Below, in pieces: positions 8,397 through 18,076 of a stretch of DNA of 32,000 nt (the first letter of the stretch is position 1; each line of letters opens with the position of its first letter). A model generated the notes under the pieces. The model saw only the letters and a program-made list of their open reading frames with translations, was not told where the DNA came from and ran no database searches. Position numbers and translations under genes: made by a program. The stretch comes from Promethearchaeum syntrophicum. Its GTDB lineage: Archaea; Asgardarchaeota; Lokiarchaeia; Sigyniarchaeales; Promethearchaeaceae. The stretch spans positions 2,850,001-2,882,000 of the forward strand of contig NZ_CP042905.2 of NCBI RefSeq assembly GCF_008000775.2, written 5' to 3'.

Positions 8397-10775
8397 TTAA
8401 AAATCAGAGTGTTCGGTTCTTTTAATAATTTCTTCTTGTAGATCTGTTCCTAAATTTACAAAATAATCACTATAACCTGCAACTCTAACGATTAAATTGC
8501 GATATTGATCCGGATTACTTTGAGCAGCACGTAATGTTTCGGCAGAGACCACGTTGAATTGAATATGATGGCCATCCATTTTAAAGTAGGCTCTAATCAA
8601 ATGGGATAGTTTATCAATATTTGTGGTATCTTTTAAAAATTGAGGAGTGAATTTCTGATTTAGAAGAGTTCCACCTGTTCTCAAATGGTCAATTTTTGCA
8701 GCGGATTTTATCACTGCAGTTGGTCCATTAGTATCCATGCCTTGAACGGGACTTATTCCTTCAGAAAGAGGGGTTTGAGCTTTCCGACCATCAGGGGTAG
8801 CACCTACAACAGAACCAAAATAAATATGAACGGTCGTAGGGAGTAAATTGATCTTATGAGTCCCATTTCTAGTGTTTGGTCTACCATCAACGGCTTTAAA
8901 TACAATATCGAAAACCTTTGTTAGTAGATCATCTACATAATCATCATCATTTCCATATTTTGGAGTTTTCTTAGTTAAATTCTCATGTATCTGCTCATTT
9001 CCCTTAAAATTAGCTGATAGAAGATCCAACAATTTATCCCAAGAAAGAGATTTTTTATCATAAATATGATACTTAATGGAAGCAAGAGAATCGGTAATCG
9101 ATCCCATCCCTACAATTTGTATGTAACTTGTGTTATACTTTGCCCCACCATCATTATAATCCTTTCCTTTCAAAATGCAATCATCTATTATAATGGACAT
9201 AAACACTGCGGGTAAATTTTGGGCCCAAAGACGTTCAATCATTACATTACCTTTAATTTTTATATCAATGAAATAATTTACCTGTTTTTCAAAGGCTGCG
9301 AGAAATTCTTGAAAAGTGATAAAACTACGGGGATCTCCTGTTTCCAAACCAATTTTTTTTCCCGTTCGAGGATCAATCCCATTATTTAATGCAATTTCTA
9401 GAATTTTAACTAAATTAAAATATCCAGTGAGAATATATGCTTCTTTTCCAAAGGCTCCCACCTCAACACATCCACTTGCACCGCCGTTTCGAGCGTCAAT
9501 AATATTCTTTCCTTGTCTTGTCAATTCTTGAATAATTGCATCTGTGTTAAAAATGGAAGGTTGGCCAAACCCAGTTTTAATTATTTCTAAAGCGCGTTTT
9601 AAAAAGCGATCAGGTGTTTGTTTGCTTATTTGAACATTTGAACTTGGTTGGAGTATTCTCATCTCTTCAATAACATCTAGTAAAATGTATGAAAGCGGAT
9701 TAACAGCATTACTTCCATCTTCCTTTAATCCGCCGATATTTATATTACAGAAATCTGTGTATGTATTAGATTCAGCGGCAGTTACTCCCACTTTAGGCGG
9801 AGCAGGTTGATTATTAAATTTCACCCAGAATGCTTCTAGCAATTCTTTTGCTTGATCTTCATTTAATCGCCCTTCATCAAGATCTTTTTGATAAAAAGGA
9901 TATAGGTGCTGGTCTAGCCTTCCAGGATTGAATGAATCCCAAGTATTGAATTCCATTATTACCCCAAGATGAATAAACCAATAATGCTGTAGCGCTTCCC
10001 ACATTGTGCGGGGCGCATGGGCGGGAATGTAATCACACATTTCAACAATCTTTTGCAATTCCTTTTTTCGCATTTCAGATTTTTCGATTTCAGCTAATTG
10101 CTTAGCTTTTTCAGAGTGGCGTTTTGCATACAAAATAATTGCATCTACTGCAATATCCATAGCCTGTAACTCTTCCCGCTTATTGAATGCACCAGGATCA
10201 TTGTAAAAATCGAGATTGGAGATACTCTCTTGAATTTCTTGCTTAAATTCTAAAAATCCTTTAGTAAATATTTGTTTCCCTGCTACTGTATGACCCGGGG
10301 CACGTTGTTCCATGAACTCAGTAAAAATCCCCGCTTTATATGCATCAATCCAATTATTATCAACTTGGTCAAATATTTTTTCTCGAATAGATCTATTATT
10401 CCAAAAAGGGATTAAGACTTTTCGCGTGTATTCCTTATCCTCATCAGATACCTTAAATGAAATTTTATCGCGATTGTTCAAAATCTCTAAATCTTTTAAA
10501 CTATGACAGCATATTTCGGGATAAGTGGGAGTTGCTTTCGGTTCTGGTCCCCTTTCACCAACAATAAGTTCACCAGGATTTATACAAATTACCTTTTTTT
10601 CCAAGAAATATTTAAACGCTAGAGCTCGTGTTATTGGAACGGAATATCTCTGAGATGCATCAGTTTTATAGAATTCTGTCATTAATCTTGCGCGTTCTAA
10701 AGATAGATAAGGAGTTGCAGTTCTACTTTGAGTTCTTAGTGTTTTTATTCGTTCATTCATGAAATTACCCTCCAA
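8397..10775 (-). CDS. Glycyl-radical enzyme, PFL2 / glycerol-dehydratase-like (GCVE) class; substrate unknown
   Basis: 792 aa. The C-terminal glycyl-radical signature is LIVRVAGYSDYF. The catalytic Cys loop is GGASGCVEVGAFGKE, i.e. the single-Cys GCVE type rather than the CC of true PflB. Its start overlaps the activase stop by 11 nt. Confidence 0.9.
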   Translation of the reverse strand: MEGNFMNERIKTLRTQSRTATPYLSLERARLMTEFYKTDASQRYSVPITRALAFKYFLEKKVICINPGELIVGERGPEPKATPTYPEICCHSLKDLEILNNRDKISFKVSDEDKEYTRKVLIPFWNNRSIREKIFDQVDNNWIDAYKAGIFTEFMEQRAPGHTVAGKQIFTKGFLEFKQEIQESISNLDFYNDPGAFNKREELQAMDIAVDAIILYAKRHSEKAKQLAEIEKSEMRKKELQKIVEMCDYIPAHAPRTMWEALQHYWFIHLGVIMEFNTWDSFNPGRLDQHLYPFYQKDLDEGRLNEDQAKELLEAFWVKFNNQPAPPKVGVTAAESNTYTDFCNINIGGLKEDGSNAVNPLSYILLDVIEEMRILQPSSNVQISKQTPDRFLKRALEIIKTGFGQPSIFNTDAIIQELTRQGKNIIDARNGGASGCVEVGAFGKEAYILTGYFNLVKILEIALNNGIDPRTGKKIGLETGDPRSFITFQEFLAAFEKQVNYFIDIKIKGNVMIERLWAQNLPAVFMSIIIDDCILKGKDYNDGGAKYNTSYIQIVGMGSITDSLASIKYHIYDKKSLSWDKLLDLLSANFKGNEQIHENLTKKTPKYGNDDDYVDDLLTKVFDIVFKAVDGRPNTRNGTHKINLLPTTVHIYFGSVVGATPDGRKAQTPLSEGISPVQGMDTNGPTAVIKSAAKIDHLRTGGTLLNQKFTPQFLKDTTNIDKLSHLIRAYFKMDGHHIQFNVVSAETLRAAQSNPDQYRNLIVRVAGYSDYFVNLGTDLQEEIIKRTEHSDF

Positions 10776-11574
10776 TTTTTACAGGAATATTTATTGAGTC
10801 AAATTTTAATTTTATTTTTTCCATTTGTTCATGGGAAGGTTCATTAAAATCTTCCATGAGATAAGGCAAATTTAGTTTAATGTATTTATTTTTACCAATT
10901 TTGTGAAAAGGTAAAAGATCGATACCTTGAATATTTTTTAGATTTGAAATGAAGTAGCGTATTTTATTTAACTCATCGCTATCATCGTTTATCCCTGGAA
11001 TAATCGGAATCCTGATAATGATCTTACTTCCATTTTCAGACAGTTTTATTAAATTATTTAATATTTGCTGATTGGGAACTCCCGTAAATTTCTCATGTTT
11101 CTCGCTGTCATGAAATTTCAAATCGTATAGGAATAAATCGACATACTCTTTAATATTATTTATTATATCTTCTGTGGTATAACCAGAAGTATCTAAAACT
11201 GTATGGATCTTATTAATCCGACATAATTTTAATAAAGAGAGGAGAAATTCGGGTTGACTTAGGGGTTCTCCCCCAGAAAAAGTAACCCCACCCCCAGACT
11301 CATCATAAAATATTATATCCTTTTCAACTTCTTTAAAAACTTCTTTAACTGTCAGATTTTTCCCAATAATCTTGAAATTATCTCGTCCATTATCTTCGTT
11401 TTTCGGATTTATGAACTGCTCGAGTTTAAAATTCTGGCTTTCAGGATTATGACACCACCAGCATGTTAACGGGCAACCTTTGAAAAAAACTGTGGTTCTT
11501 ATACCCGGGCCATCATGAACTGCAAACTTCTTGATATCAAATATTATTCCCGAATTTCCAATCCGCAAATCCAT
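10765..11574 (-). CDS. Glycyl-radical enzyme activating enzyme (radical SAM)
   Basis: 269 aa. It has the N-terminal FAVHDGPGIRTTVFFKGCPLTCWWCHNPE (CX3CX2C) and the SAM-binding GGVTFSGGEP. There are only four Cys in total, so no auxiliary ferredoxin-like cluster motifs. Confidence 0.9.
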   Translation of the reverse strand: MDLRIGNSGIIFDIKKFAVHDGPGIRTTVFFKGCPLTCWWCHNPESQNFKLEQFINPKNEDNGRDNFKIIGKNLTVKEVFKEVEKDIIFYDESGGGVTFSGGEPLSQPEFLLSLLKLCRINKIHTVLDTSGYTTEDIINNIKEYVDLFLYDLKFHDSEKHEKFTGVPNQQILNNLIKLSENGSKIIIRIPIIPGINDDSDELNKIRYFISNLKNIQGIDLLPFHKIGKNKYIKLNLPYLMEDFNEPSHEQMEKIKLKFDSINIPVKIGG

Positions 11575-11691
11575 TACATCTCATAAATTATTTTAAAATA
11601 ATAAGTAATTCCATTATAAATTGAAAATTGGGGTTTTTAAGAATAAAGGGCAAAAAAAAAAGAATAGAAAAAAAAATTCTTTGTTCTACGT

Positions 11692-12120
11692 TTAAATATC
11701 TAAAACATCTCGGAATAGAGCCATAATATTCTGAAATTTCATACCATCAGAAATTGCTCCATCAAGCTTTAATTCCCCTTTCATGAAAGCTGTATTTGAA
11801 TCAACTGCACCGGAAACCATACCTGCGGCACATTTTGCATCACATGTAAATGCTAAATCCACTGGTTTTAAAGTACCATTCCCGGCAGTAAACTTTCCAC
11901 CTTCAATTTTAATCCACATATGCTCGCTTTCAGGTTTATCACTGATTACGAACGAATATGTCTTAGTTAAATCCTCAAACTCGTCCTGGAAGTCTTCATC
12001 ACTATTCGCAATACCAACAAGCAATTCCATGACTTCAGGGACTTCATCCCAGCTTAATTCTTCCGCTTCAAGTTTGGGAAGATATTTTTCTTTTAGTTCT
12101 TCGATACCCATAACAATCAA
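11692..12120 (-). CDS. SCP2 (sterol-carrier-protein-2) domain protein
   Basis: 142 aa. The C-terminal AFMKGELKLDGAISDGMKFQNI matches the SCP2 FMxGKLKIxGdxxxAxKl signature. It lies upstream of, and on the same strand as, the activase and the glycyl-radical enzyme. Confidence 0.8.
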   Translation of the reverse strand: MIVMGIEELKEKYLPKLEAEELSWDEVPEVMELLVGIANSDEDFQDEFEDLTKTYSFVISDKPESEHMWIKIEGGKFTAGNGTLKPVDLAFTCDAKCAAGMVSGAVDSNTAFMKGELKLDGAISDGMKFQNIMALFRDVLDI

Positions 12121-12286
12121 CTCACGTGTTGTTATTATCTTTTTTTGATTTAGAATATATAAACCTTTTTGAATGTTTTTTTAGAAATAAGTTAAACTAA
12201 TGCCAAAATCGCTTAACATTAAAAATCTAGAAGATATTTTAAAAATTGTAGTGATTTTATAAAAAGATCCTTAATAAAGGTTGAAT

Positions 12287-13189
12287 TTAAAATTTAATTT
12301 TATATTTCTTGACATATCTTATTGGATGATAATGTTCTTTTGCTTTCCTTAGATTAATTTTTCCCAAATCTTGCTCTCTGTTAATAAATTTAATTGAACT
12401 ATCTAATTTTTCATAGAATTGTTGTGCCACTGTTTGATATGCTCCATTAAACGCGGGATTTGCTTTTTCAACGTGAACTACAATCGTATCCTTATTTAAC
12501 AACTCAGCCAGAGTATATGCAACGATTTTTTCATCCACTTTAATCACCCCACCGTCAAATTTTAGATCTTTCCAATTTGAAAAAATTTCATGAATTCCGA
12601 GATTTTCTTCATTTAAATTTTCATCATCATAACATGCTCGAATCCCACACCATTCATCTTGCATATTTAAGATATTTTCAATTAAGGATTCGCTTAATTC
12701 CTCATATGACCACTGAAATTGTCTTTTGAAACGATTCAATTTTTTCCGAAAATTAGCGTAAGGTTTGCCCGGTAGAGTAATAAGATCATTTCTATCATAA
12801 ACATAATCCCAATTACCTCGTTCTTCGATGATTTCGTGTTGGATACCAGTTGATTTTAATAAATCCAAATCTTTTTCAGGAAAACGAACCATTTCTAAAT
12901 TTAATTTTAATTTTTTGGAAATATCTATTAAAAATTCTAGTGAAACTTTTAAAGCATCACCCAAAGGAGGGAAGACCGATAATATTTTAGGTGGTTTTAC
13001 CTTCGCGGATACGAGAATAAGTTGATTTTTATATTGTCTCCAACGAAATTGATAATGATTTCGCCACATGAAAAGATTTGTAAAGGTGAATTCTGATATA
13101 TCGGGTTGAAATCTCTTTAGATAGGAGTTAAAATTTATTCTGTCTTGCAACGAAATTGCCTTAAAATCGGGAAGTAGAATCGAATTCAT
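12287..13189 (-). CDS. DUF2156-like protein (resembles the MprF lysyl-phosphatidylglycerol synthase C-terminal domain)
   Basis: 300 aa. The N-terminal FTFTNLFMWRNHYQFRW, the overall size and the spacing are reminiscent of DUF2156. The assignment is by eye. Confidence 0.55.
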   Translation of the reverse strand: MNSILLPDFKAISLQDRINFNSYLKRFQPDISEFTFTNLFMWRNHYQFRWRQYKNQLILVSAKVKPPKILSVFPPLGDALKVSLEFLIDISKKLKLNLEMVRFPEKDLDLLKSTGIQHEIIEERGNWDYVYDRNDLITLPGKPYANFRKKLNRFKRQFQWSYEELSESLIENILNMQDEWCGIRACYDDENLNEENLGIHEIFSNWKDLKFDGGVIKVDEKIVAYTLAELLNKDTIVVHVEKANPAFNGAYQTVAQQFYEKLDSSIKFINREQDLGKINLRKAKEHYHPIRYVKKYKIKF

Positions 13190-13307
13190 TATTATAATAA
13201 TGATGATTTAAAATCAAATAGTTTTCAATTATTATTTACAAGAATTTTAACTGAATTTACTTTAATTTTAAAGATTAAGTGAAATTTTTTTTGAATTTGA
13301 TTGACAT

Positions 13308-13547
13308 TTACCGATTGAAAAGGAGAACGGAAGTTATACCCACTACAGCCAGAGCGAGAATAGCACCCCAAGTTTTTATTATTCCTACTTTTCTCTCACG
13401 ATAGAAATCAACCTCACAATAAAAATGATGATGAATCCAGAAAGTGTGCTTTGAACAAATAGGAGAATGACAGCGATAACATGAAATATCTGTATTTTTC
13501 CCGCATTTAAAGCATTTTTGCATTTTGATCTGATTTTGATCAGCCAT
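13308..13547 (-). CDS. Small zinc-finger protein with a C-terminal transmembrane anchor
   Basis: 79 aa. The Cys/His-rich region is CFKCGKNTDISCYRCHSPICSKHTFWIHHHFYC. It is followed by the hydrophobic helix TWGAILALAVVGITSVLLF. Confidence 0.6.
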   Translation of the reverse strand: MADQNQIKMQKCFKCGKNTDISCYRCHSPICSKHTFWIHHHFYCEVDFYRERKVGIIKTWGAILALAVVGITSVLLFNR

Positions 13548-13919
13548 ATCTGTTTAGATAAACTTTGGAAACAATTTTAATTTTATGATCTTTTTAATTT
13601 CATTATTCATTTAAAATTTAAATCATTAGAATACACCAATAAATTCAATAATTGCTCTTCGACTAAAACCAGATGAGCTTCACACAAAACTTTTTTTTAT
13701 TTAATTAAATTAAGATTTTTGAATTTCGATTTCAAATATATTAATGTTCCATGTATTTAAAGTTTTTTTTCTCGGTTCGTTGATTTCCGCTATTTAATTA
13801 CGTAAAACTTTAATTTAATGTTCAATATCATTATTATAGTTCTGATAATTCACCAAAATGTGTGATATATCCGAAAAAGCTTCAATAAGTTATCTTGTCG
13901 TAAACTTGAGGGATTTAAT

Positions 13920-14894
13920 ATGAATTTAATTATGAAAAAATGGTCCGATGTGGATTTAGATCAACTAACACACTTTCTTAGTCAGAATTGCCTTGAATTT
14001 GGTGATTCAAAGGAAAAAAAAGCCTTAGAAATCAAAAAAAAGTTACTTAAATATAAGAAAAAGCATTTGGATTCCAGAATTTTTCTCTGGTTCCAAGAAC
14101 AAGATTTACAAGGAGGAGTTTATCTCTATTGTGAGGAAGGAAGATATTTCTTCTTTAATCCAGGATTTGTCGGAGAATTTCCAATAATAAAGAAGTCTCT
14201 CGATTATTCCTCAGCCGTGAAGAAGTTATATTCCCAAGTTCTCAAATTTATCGCTGTGAACTTACCTGAAATCAAGTCAGTTCAAATGGATCTCTCCCCT
14301 AAGTTTGCAAAATTTGATCTAACCCGCGATCTACTAAAAATTTTGCATGAAGATGTCGGATTTTATAAACATTATTTCCGTTTGCTTCTACCCTTGAAAA
14401 ATTTGACCGTAAAACCCAAATCATATGCAGCTGATTATAAATTTTCTCATGTATCCAAAGATATAGAAGAAGAACTCTATAAATGTTATTACCAGGCACT
14501 TCTTCATAGTGATTTGGATTTCTTTAAAAATCAATCAGAAAACGAGAGAAAAACCTTTTTTCAAGAATTATTAGATCCAGAACAGATGAATTATAGCGCT
14601 TCCCCAATCATTCGACAGCAAAATAAAGTGATTGCGTTTGCTTTGATTTGGGATTATAATGAAGAACTGGAAAAGAATGCACATATCAATTTAATGTGTG
14701 TTCACCCTGATCATCAACACCAAGGAGTAGGAACACTTTTACTCAATAAAATTATCATACAAGCTCAACAACAAAAATATACGACGACAACTCTGTATAC
14801 AGAAAATAATCGAATCCCCTACAATTTCTATCGAAAGAATGGGTTTAAAGAGTCCCCAGGATACACAATTTTAATATGGAAGAATTCAGAGTAA
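13920..14894 (+). CDS. GNAT-family N-acetyltransferase with an N-terminal extension
   Basis: 324 aa. The C-terminal motif A is LMCVHPDHQHQGVGTLLLNKII, and the terminal motif is FYRKNGFKE. Confidence 0.75.
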   Translation: MNLIMKKWSDVDLDQLTHFLSQNCLEFGDSKEKKALEIKKKLLKYKKKHLDSRIFLWFQEQDLQGGVYLYCEEGRYFFFNPGFVGEFPIIKKSLDYSSAVKKLYSQVLKFIAVNLPEIKSVQMDLSPKFAKFDLTRDLLKILHEDVGFYKHYFRLLLPLKNLTVKPKSYAADYKFSHVSKDIEEELYKCYYQALLHSDLDFFKNQSENERKTFFQELLDPEQMNYSASPIIRQQNKVIAFALIWDYNEELEKNAHINLMCVHPDHQHQGVGTLLLNKIIIQAQQQKYTTTTLYTENNRIPYNFYRKNGFKESPGYTILIWKNSE

Positions 14895-15244
14895 TAATTT
14901 TTTTACTTTTTTTGTTAAGTGAACTAAAGAGATCTGGGCAAATACGAGAGAAATCACAGAAATTTTCTCAGTAGGTTTTAAGTTTCATAGATAAAAAATT
15001 AGATATTAAAAATTCTTATTTTTTGCCCATTTTTGTGGGAGAAAATCTTATAATTTGAACTAATTTAAATAATAATTTTCAATTTTACCCCCGAAAAAGA
15101 ATGGATAAAGAATAAATGTGATTTTAATCTTTGCTTAATCAAACGCTAATATTTTGATTCCAAGAATTTTCTTGAAAATAAATATTTGTTTTAGTAAGAA
15201 CAGTAATAAACTCGTTGTAAAACGAAAATCGGAGTATATAAAAA

Positions 15245-17392
15245 ATGTTACTTGAAGTAATTTTAGAAGTATGGACTTTATGGTTTGTCCTCGCAGCTGC
15301 TATTGCAAGTTTTATTGTTGCGTTCATCTTAAAAAAAAGAGTAGATGTGGCAGATCCCGGCAATGAAGAAATGGTTAAAGTTCAAGGATATATCAGAGAC
15401 GGCGCAAGCACGTTTATAAAACGTCAATATATAACCTTAGCTTATTTCGTTGGAGGGTTAGCAATAATAATTGCACTAGTGTACTGGGGTAATATCAGGG
15501 TTCCATGGTATTTGATGGTGATTTCCTACCTCGCAGGATCAGGCGCTTCAGCTTGGGCAGGATGGTTAGGAATGAAAGTAGGTGTTGATGCTAATGCAAA
15601 AACAGCACAAGCATCCACTAAAGGACTCGCACCAGCGTTTAATGTTTCATTCTTTGCAGGTGCAGTTATGGGATTAATTGTGGTCGGAGCCGCCCTCGGT
15701 GGTGTCTGGCTATTATATTTCGTCTTTGGAGATCCATTGGTAATCTTAGGATTTTCTTTCGGTGCTTCTTCAATTGCACTGTTTGCTAAAGCGGGAGGAG
15801 GTATTTATACTAAAACCGCGGATGTTGCAGCTGATTTAGTCGGAAAAGTTGAATACTCATTGCCCGAAGATGATCCACGAAATCCAGCCTCAATCGCTGA
15901 TAATGTTGGAGATAATGTCGGAGATATTGCAGGGATGGGTGCAGATTTATTTGACTCATATGTGGCTTCCATATTAGGTGCAATGTTACTCGCATTTTCA
16001 TGGATAGGAGCAAGAGGTTATACTACTACTGATATCAATCTTATGACTTCTTTCCCACTAGTAATCAGTGCTGCTGGATTAATTGCATCGATTCTCGGTA
16101 TCTTCATTATCGGAAAAATGGGTAAATCTACACCAGGTAAAGCTCTAAACTTGGGGACTTATATTGCTACTCTTATTTTCATCGCAGTCGGAGCCTTATT
16201 TACGTTCTTCATGACTTTGACAGAAGGAGTTAGTGAAGATATTAAATCACAATTATGGAGAAATCTATGGGCCGGTGTATTCGGTGTCGCTAGTGGGCTT
16301 GTAATCGGTTTAACAACAGATTATTTCACCAATGATGAAAAACGACCAACTCAATTAACCGCTGAATCATCAGAACAAGGTCATGCTTTAAATATCTTAA
16401 CTGGCTTTTCATATGGCTTGCTAAGTGTTGCTCCTCCTATTATTGGAATTGTAATTGCAATGGGTGTTGCTTATTGGTTGGATGGATTAATCGGTGTTGC
16501 AAATGCTTCAACTGGAATGTTGGCAATTGTTGGAACTATCGTTTCTAATGATGCTTTTGGACCTATTGTTGATAATGCTCGTGGAATCGCAGAACAAGGC
16601 GGTCTATCCGAAAAAGAAATTGCACTGTGTGACAGGTTAGACTCAGCAGGAAATACAGCCAAAGCCATTACTAAAGGGTTCGCAATTGGTGCCGCCGCTT
16701 TAACAGTACTTGCTTTACTCTACGCATTTATGGAAGAAGCTAAACACAACCCAGATATCGCCCAAGCATTAAAAGATATGGAAACAATCAGTCTTGATTT
16801 AATGACACCAGCAGTTATGATTTCTGCCCTTCTTGGAACTGCAGTCCCGATGGTTTATTCAGCAGTCTTGATTATGGCAGTTGATAAAAACGCACAAGTC
16901 ATGGTTAAGGAAATTCGACGCCAATTTGAAGAAAATCCAGCCATCCTGAAGGGAACTGAACCCGCAGACTTTGAAAAATGCATTGATATCGCAACCAAAG
17001 GTTCTTTGAAAGAATTAATCGTTCCAATCTTGCTATCCGTCGTATCACCATTAGTTGTCGGAGTTCTGTTCGGTGTTCAAGGTTTAGGTGCTTTCCTCGC
17101 ATCAACTATCTTAATTGGATTTGTCTTTGCACTATTACTCTCCAACTCAGGGGGAATGTGGGATAACGCTAAAAAATACATAGAAGATGGACATCTTGGC
17201 GGAAAAGGAACATTTGCTCACGCTGCAGCCGTTACCGGCGACACAGTAGGAGATCCATTTAAAGATACAGCGGGTCCTTCAATCAACACTTTAATAACCG
17301 TGATGTCTTTAACAGCATCAATGTTCTTATCTCTGTTTATGTTGGATATTTTCAACAATGGACAGGGATTACTGATGAATCTATTTGTTTAA
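15245..17392 (+). CDS. hppA: Membrane-bound H+-translocating inorganic pyrophosphatase, K+-independent type
   Basis: 715 aa and polytopic. Family motifs present: GGGIYTKTADVAADLVGKVE, DNVGDNVGDIAGMGADLF, DNAKKYIE, GDTVGDPFKDTAGPS. The GNTAKAITKG block carries the Lys and Thr diagnostic of K+-independent enzymes. Confidence 0.95.
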   Translation: MLLEVILEVWTLWFVLAAAIASFIVAFILKKRVDVADPGNEEMVKVQGYIRDGASTFIKRQYITLAYFVGGLAIIIALVYWGNIRVPWYLMVISYLAGSGASAWAGWLGMKVGVDANAKTAQASTKGLAPAFNVSFFAGAVMGLIVVGAALGGVWLLYFVFGDPLVILGFSFGASSIALFAKAGGGIYTKTADVAADLVGKVEYSLPEDDPRNPASIADNVGDNVGDIAGMGADLFDSYVASILGAMLLAFSWIGARGYTTTDINLMTSFPLVISAAGLIASILGIFIIGKMGKSTPGKALNLGTYIATLIFIAVGALFTFFMTLTEGVSEDIKSQLWRNLWAGVFGVASGLVIGLTTDYFTNDEKRPTQLTAESSEQGHALNILTGFSYGLLSVAPPIIGIVIAMGVAYWLDGLIGVANASTGMLAIVGTIVSNDAFGPIVDNARGIAEQGGLSEKEIALCDRLDSAGNTAKAITKGFAIGAAALTVLALLYAFMEEAKHNPDIAQALKDMETISLDLMTPAVMISALLGTAVPMVYSAVLIMAVDKNAQVMVKEIRRQFEENPAILKGTEPADFEKCIDIATKGSLKELIVPILLSVVSPLVVGVLFGVQGLGAFLASTILIGFVFALLLSNSGGMWDNAKKYIEDGHLGGKGTFAHAAAVTGDTVGDPFKDTAGPSINTLITVMSLTASMFLSLFMLDIFNNGQGLLMNLFV

Positions 17393-17584
17393 AAAATTTT
17401 TACCTGAACTAAGGTTTGGGTTTTTTATTACTTTTTTTTTTTGATCTTCTTTTCAAGCTGATATATTCCCTTCTATTGAATGATCAAATATTCCCTTTTT
17501 AGACATTCTTCCTTCTGAGAACAAAATAAGTATTTTCGCCCACATTATAGATAAAAAATAAGAAGGAATAGAACTAATATAATA

Positions 17585-17972
17585 GTGGAAATGGATCACT
17601 TATCTTGGTTGTGCCATTCTATTGTGGTTTTGAGCAATCATGCTTTTATGTCGAAAACCCAATGCGGATCGATATCGAGAAAAACTTTGTCTTCCACAGC
17701 ATTCCCGTCAATTCATAGATTACTCGATATTTGTGAATATGTAAGGATTGTCCTTAATCGGAAAGACTTTTAACGTGCACTAAGCATCAATGCTACGCTA
17801 AGATTAATTTAATAAAAATTTGTCAAAAATCCTTCGGGATAGAACATGGACGGTGCAGGAATTTCCCAATTATTATTGTTTTAACCAAGAACTGTACTAG
17901 AAAACTAAGGATCAAAAAAAAAGGGTTTTAGTCTTTAATGGGGGTCAACGACCCCCAGGCTAAATTTTTTTT
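17585..17972 (+). ncRNA. Candidate unclassified ncRNA in a 684-nt gene-free gap (weak call)
   Basis: This stretch is locally richer in G+C than the surrounding intergenic DNA. It contains an ATCC-TTCG-GGAT hairpin (about 17830-17841) and other short inverted repeats. It ends in a GGGGGTC-AAC-GACCCCC hairpin plus a T8 run. The only ORF here (17585-17773, GTG start) has an atypical composition. Confidence 0.25.
17940..17972 (+). terminator. Stem-loop plus oligo-T terminator-like element
   Basis: GGGGGTC (17940-17946), AAC, GACCCCC (17950-17956), followed by T8 at 17965-17972. On the opposite strand the same hairpin is followed by T9 (complement of about 17918-17926), so it could act in both directions. 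Confidence 0.4.
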
Positions 17973-18076
17973 ATTTTTTAGTTCAATATTCCAATCATGA
18001 CATATCTTGATCCATTTAGGGATACAGCCAGTCCAACTAAATAAAAACTACAAAAACCTTTTTTTTAGGATAGTAA

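Noticed and set aside
11783-12148. The 121-aa plus-strand ORF antisense to the SCP2 gene
   Set aside because: It lies entirely within the better-supported SCP2 CDS on the other strand. Its Ser-rich, low-complexity translation is typical of a shadow ORF.
17585-17773. The 62-aa ORF as a protein-coding gene, or the region as RNase P or SRP RNA
   Set aside because: The ORF has a GTG start, atypical composition and no RBS-like signal. I could not find the conserved RNase P (GAGGAAAGUCC-like) or SRP helix-8 motifs, so no known RNA family is claimed.
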